A stretch of DNA of 40,716 nucleotides. Origin: a virus. A program made the position numbers and the translations under genes. The stretch covers positions 1 to 40,716 of the IMG/VR virus record IMGVR_UViG_3300037851_000243. One strand, 5' to 3'. Positions within the stretch are counted from its first letter, which is position 1, and the number at the start of each line of letters is the position of its first letter. Under the pieces are notes generated by a model. It was not told where the DNA came from. It did no database searches and saw nothing but the letters and a program-made list of their open reading frames with translations. Positions 40,174 through 40,716 of the stretch are shown here, piece by piece.

Positions 40174-40716
40174 ATGACACAATACAAAATAATTGACGGC
40201 ATGCTGACCCTACCTGACGGTCTGAGCGTCGGCGGCGCCCTCTACCTCGGCCACACCCTAATCACCGCCCTGCCTGACGGACTGTGCGTCGGCGGCGACC
40301 TCGACCTCAGCGACACCGCGATCACTGCCCTGCCTGACGGTCTGAGCGTCGGCGGCGACCTCTACCTCAGCGGCACCGCAATCACCGCCCTGCCTGACGG
40401 TTTGAGCGTCGGCGGCGACCTCGACCTCTACGGCACCTCAATCACTGCTCTACCTGACGGTTTGAGCGTCGGCGGCGACCTCTACCTCAGCCACACTCCA
40501 ATCACCGCCCTGCCTGACGGACTGAGCGTCGGCGGCGGCCTCTACCTCAGCCACACTCCAATCACCGCCCTGCCTGACGGTCTGAGCGTCGGCGGCGCCC
40601 TCTACCTCGGCCACACCCTAATCACCGCCCTGCCTGACGGACTGTGCGTCGGCGGCGACCTCGACCTCAGCGACACCGCGATCACTGCCCTGCCTGACGG
40701 TCTGAGCGTCGGCGGC
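40174..40716 (+). CDS. LRR-like repeat protein, copy B, 5' part (open at the window end; 299 aa if joined to 1-611)
   Basis: aggaaagg precedes ATG 40174, and the N-terminus (MTQYKIIDGML) is the same as in copy A. There are at least 8 full repeats with no stop before the window end. The gene is absent from the ORF track because it is unterminated. Confidence 0.8.
   Translation, partial: MTQYKIIDGMLTLPDGLSVGGALYLGHTLITALPDGLCVGGDLDLSDTAITALPDGLSVGGDLYLSGTAITALPDGLSVGGDLDLYGTSITALPDGLSVGGDLYLSHTPITALPDGLSVGGGLYLSHTPITALPDGLSVGGALYLGHTLITALPDGLCVGGDLDLSDTAITALPDGLSVGG
40223..40716 (+). repeat. 60-bp in-frame tandem repeat array (8 full units plus a partial one)
   Basis: The units start at 40223, 40283 and so on to 40703. 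Units from 40463 onward are identical to 1-254. Confidence 0.95.

Noticed and set aside
39429-40716. Diversity-generating retroelement as the source of the repeat variability
   Set aside because: No reverse transcriptase ORF and no template/variable repeat pair with adenine-specific differences is present anywhere in the window. The variation looks like shuffling among repeat units.

Overview
The window is a high-GC, roughly 40.5-kb temperate phage genome. It looks podovirus-like: there are no tape-measure, tube or sheath genes, and there is a run of internal-virion-type proteins including a 1287-aa giant. Several families point to an alphaproteobacterial host (GcrA-like, DUF1376-like, DUF2793-like, IS1595 with passenger genes), but that is inference. 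The sequence is in circularly permuted (vegetative) order. The last 254 nt (40463-40716) are identical to the first 254 nt. An attP-like tRNA-Val 3' fragment and a tyrosine integrase sit mid-window with phage genes on both sides. Gene order on + is: LRR-like repeat protein tail (1-611), membrane protein, TerS-like, TerL (split by a frameshift), portal, scaffold, major capsid, adaptor/nozzle/fibres/tailspike, internal virion proteins, GcrA-like regulator, fibre-like protein, then endolysin and overlapped spanins (to 25078). Next come attP (about 25258-25311) and a leftward early operon (29512 down to 25393) encoding small proteins, Erf, a NinB-like protein, HNH, Xis and Int. The immunity region follows, flanked by matching operator/promoter pairs (about 29667-29718 and 33190-33233). 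A rightward early operon (33241-37006) encodes a Cro-like protein, a DUF1376-type replication protein, an outer-membrane beta-barrel moron and a NusG-like protein. A leftward block of small unknown genes (39332 down to 36845) starts with a resolvase-like protein that appears to lack the catalytic Ser. Two tandem LRR-like repeat genes follow (39429-40716). The main find is that the cI-like repressor (HTH + S24 peptidase) is split at its GDSM active-site motif by a 2663-bp IS1595-family element (30159-32821). The element has 23-bp inverted repeats and an 8-bp GCGAACTT target duplication. Besides its transposase it carries a passenger operon: an unrecognisable 286-aa protein, an overlapping PIN-domain nuclease and a 56-aa ORF with its own terminator. 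This operon is a candidate undescribed toxin-antitoxin or defence module. All calls come from reading the sequence and ORF translations by eye; no database search was run.
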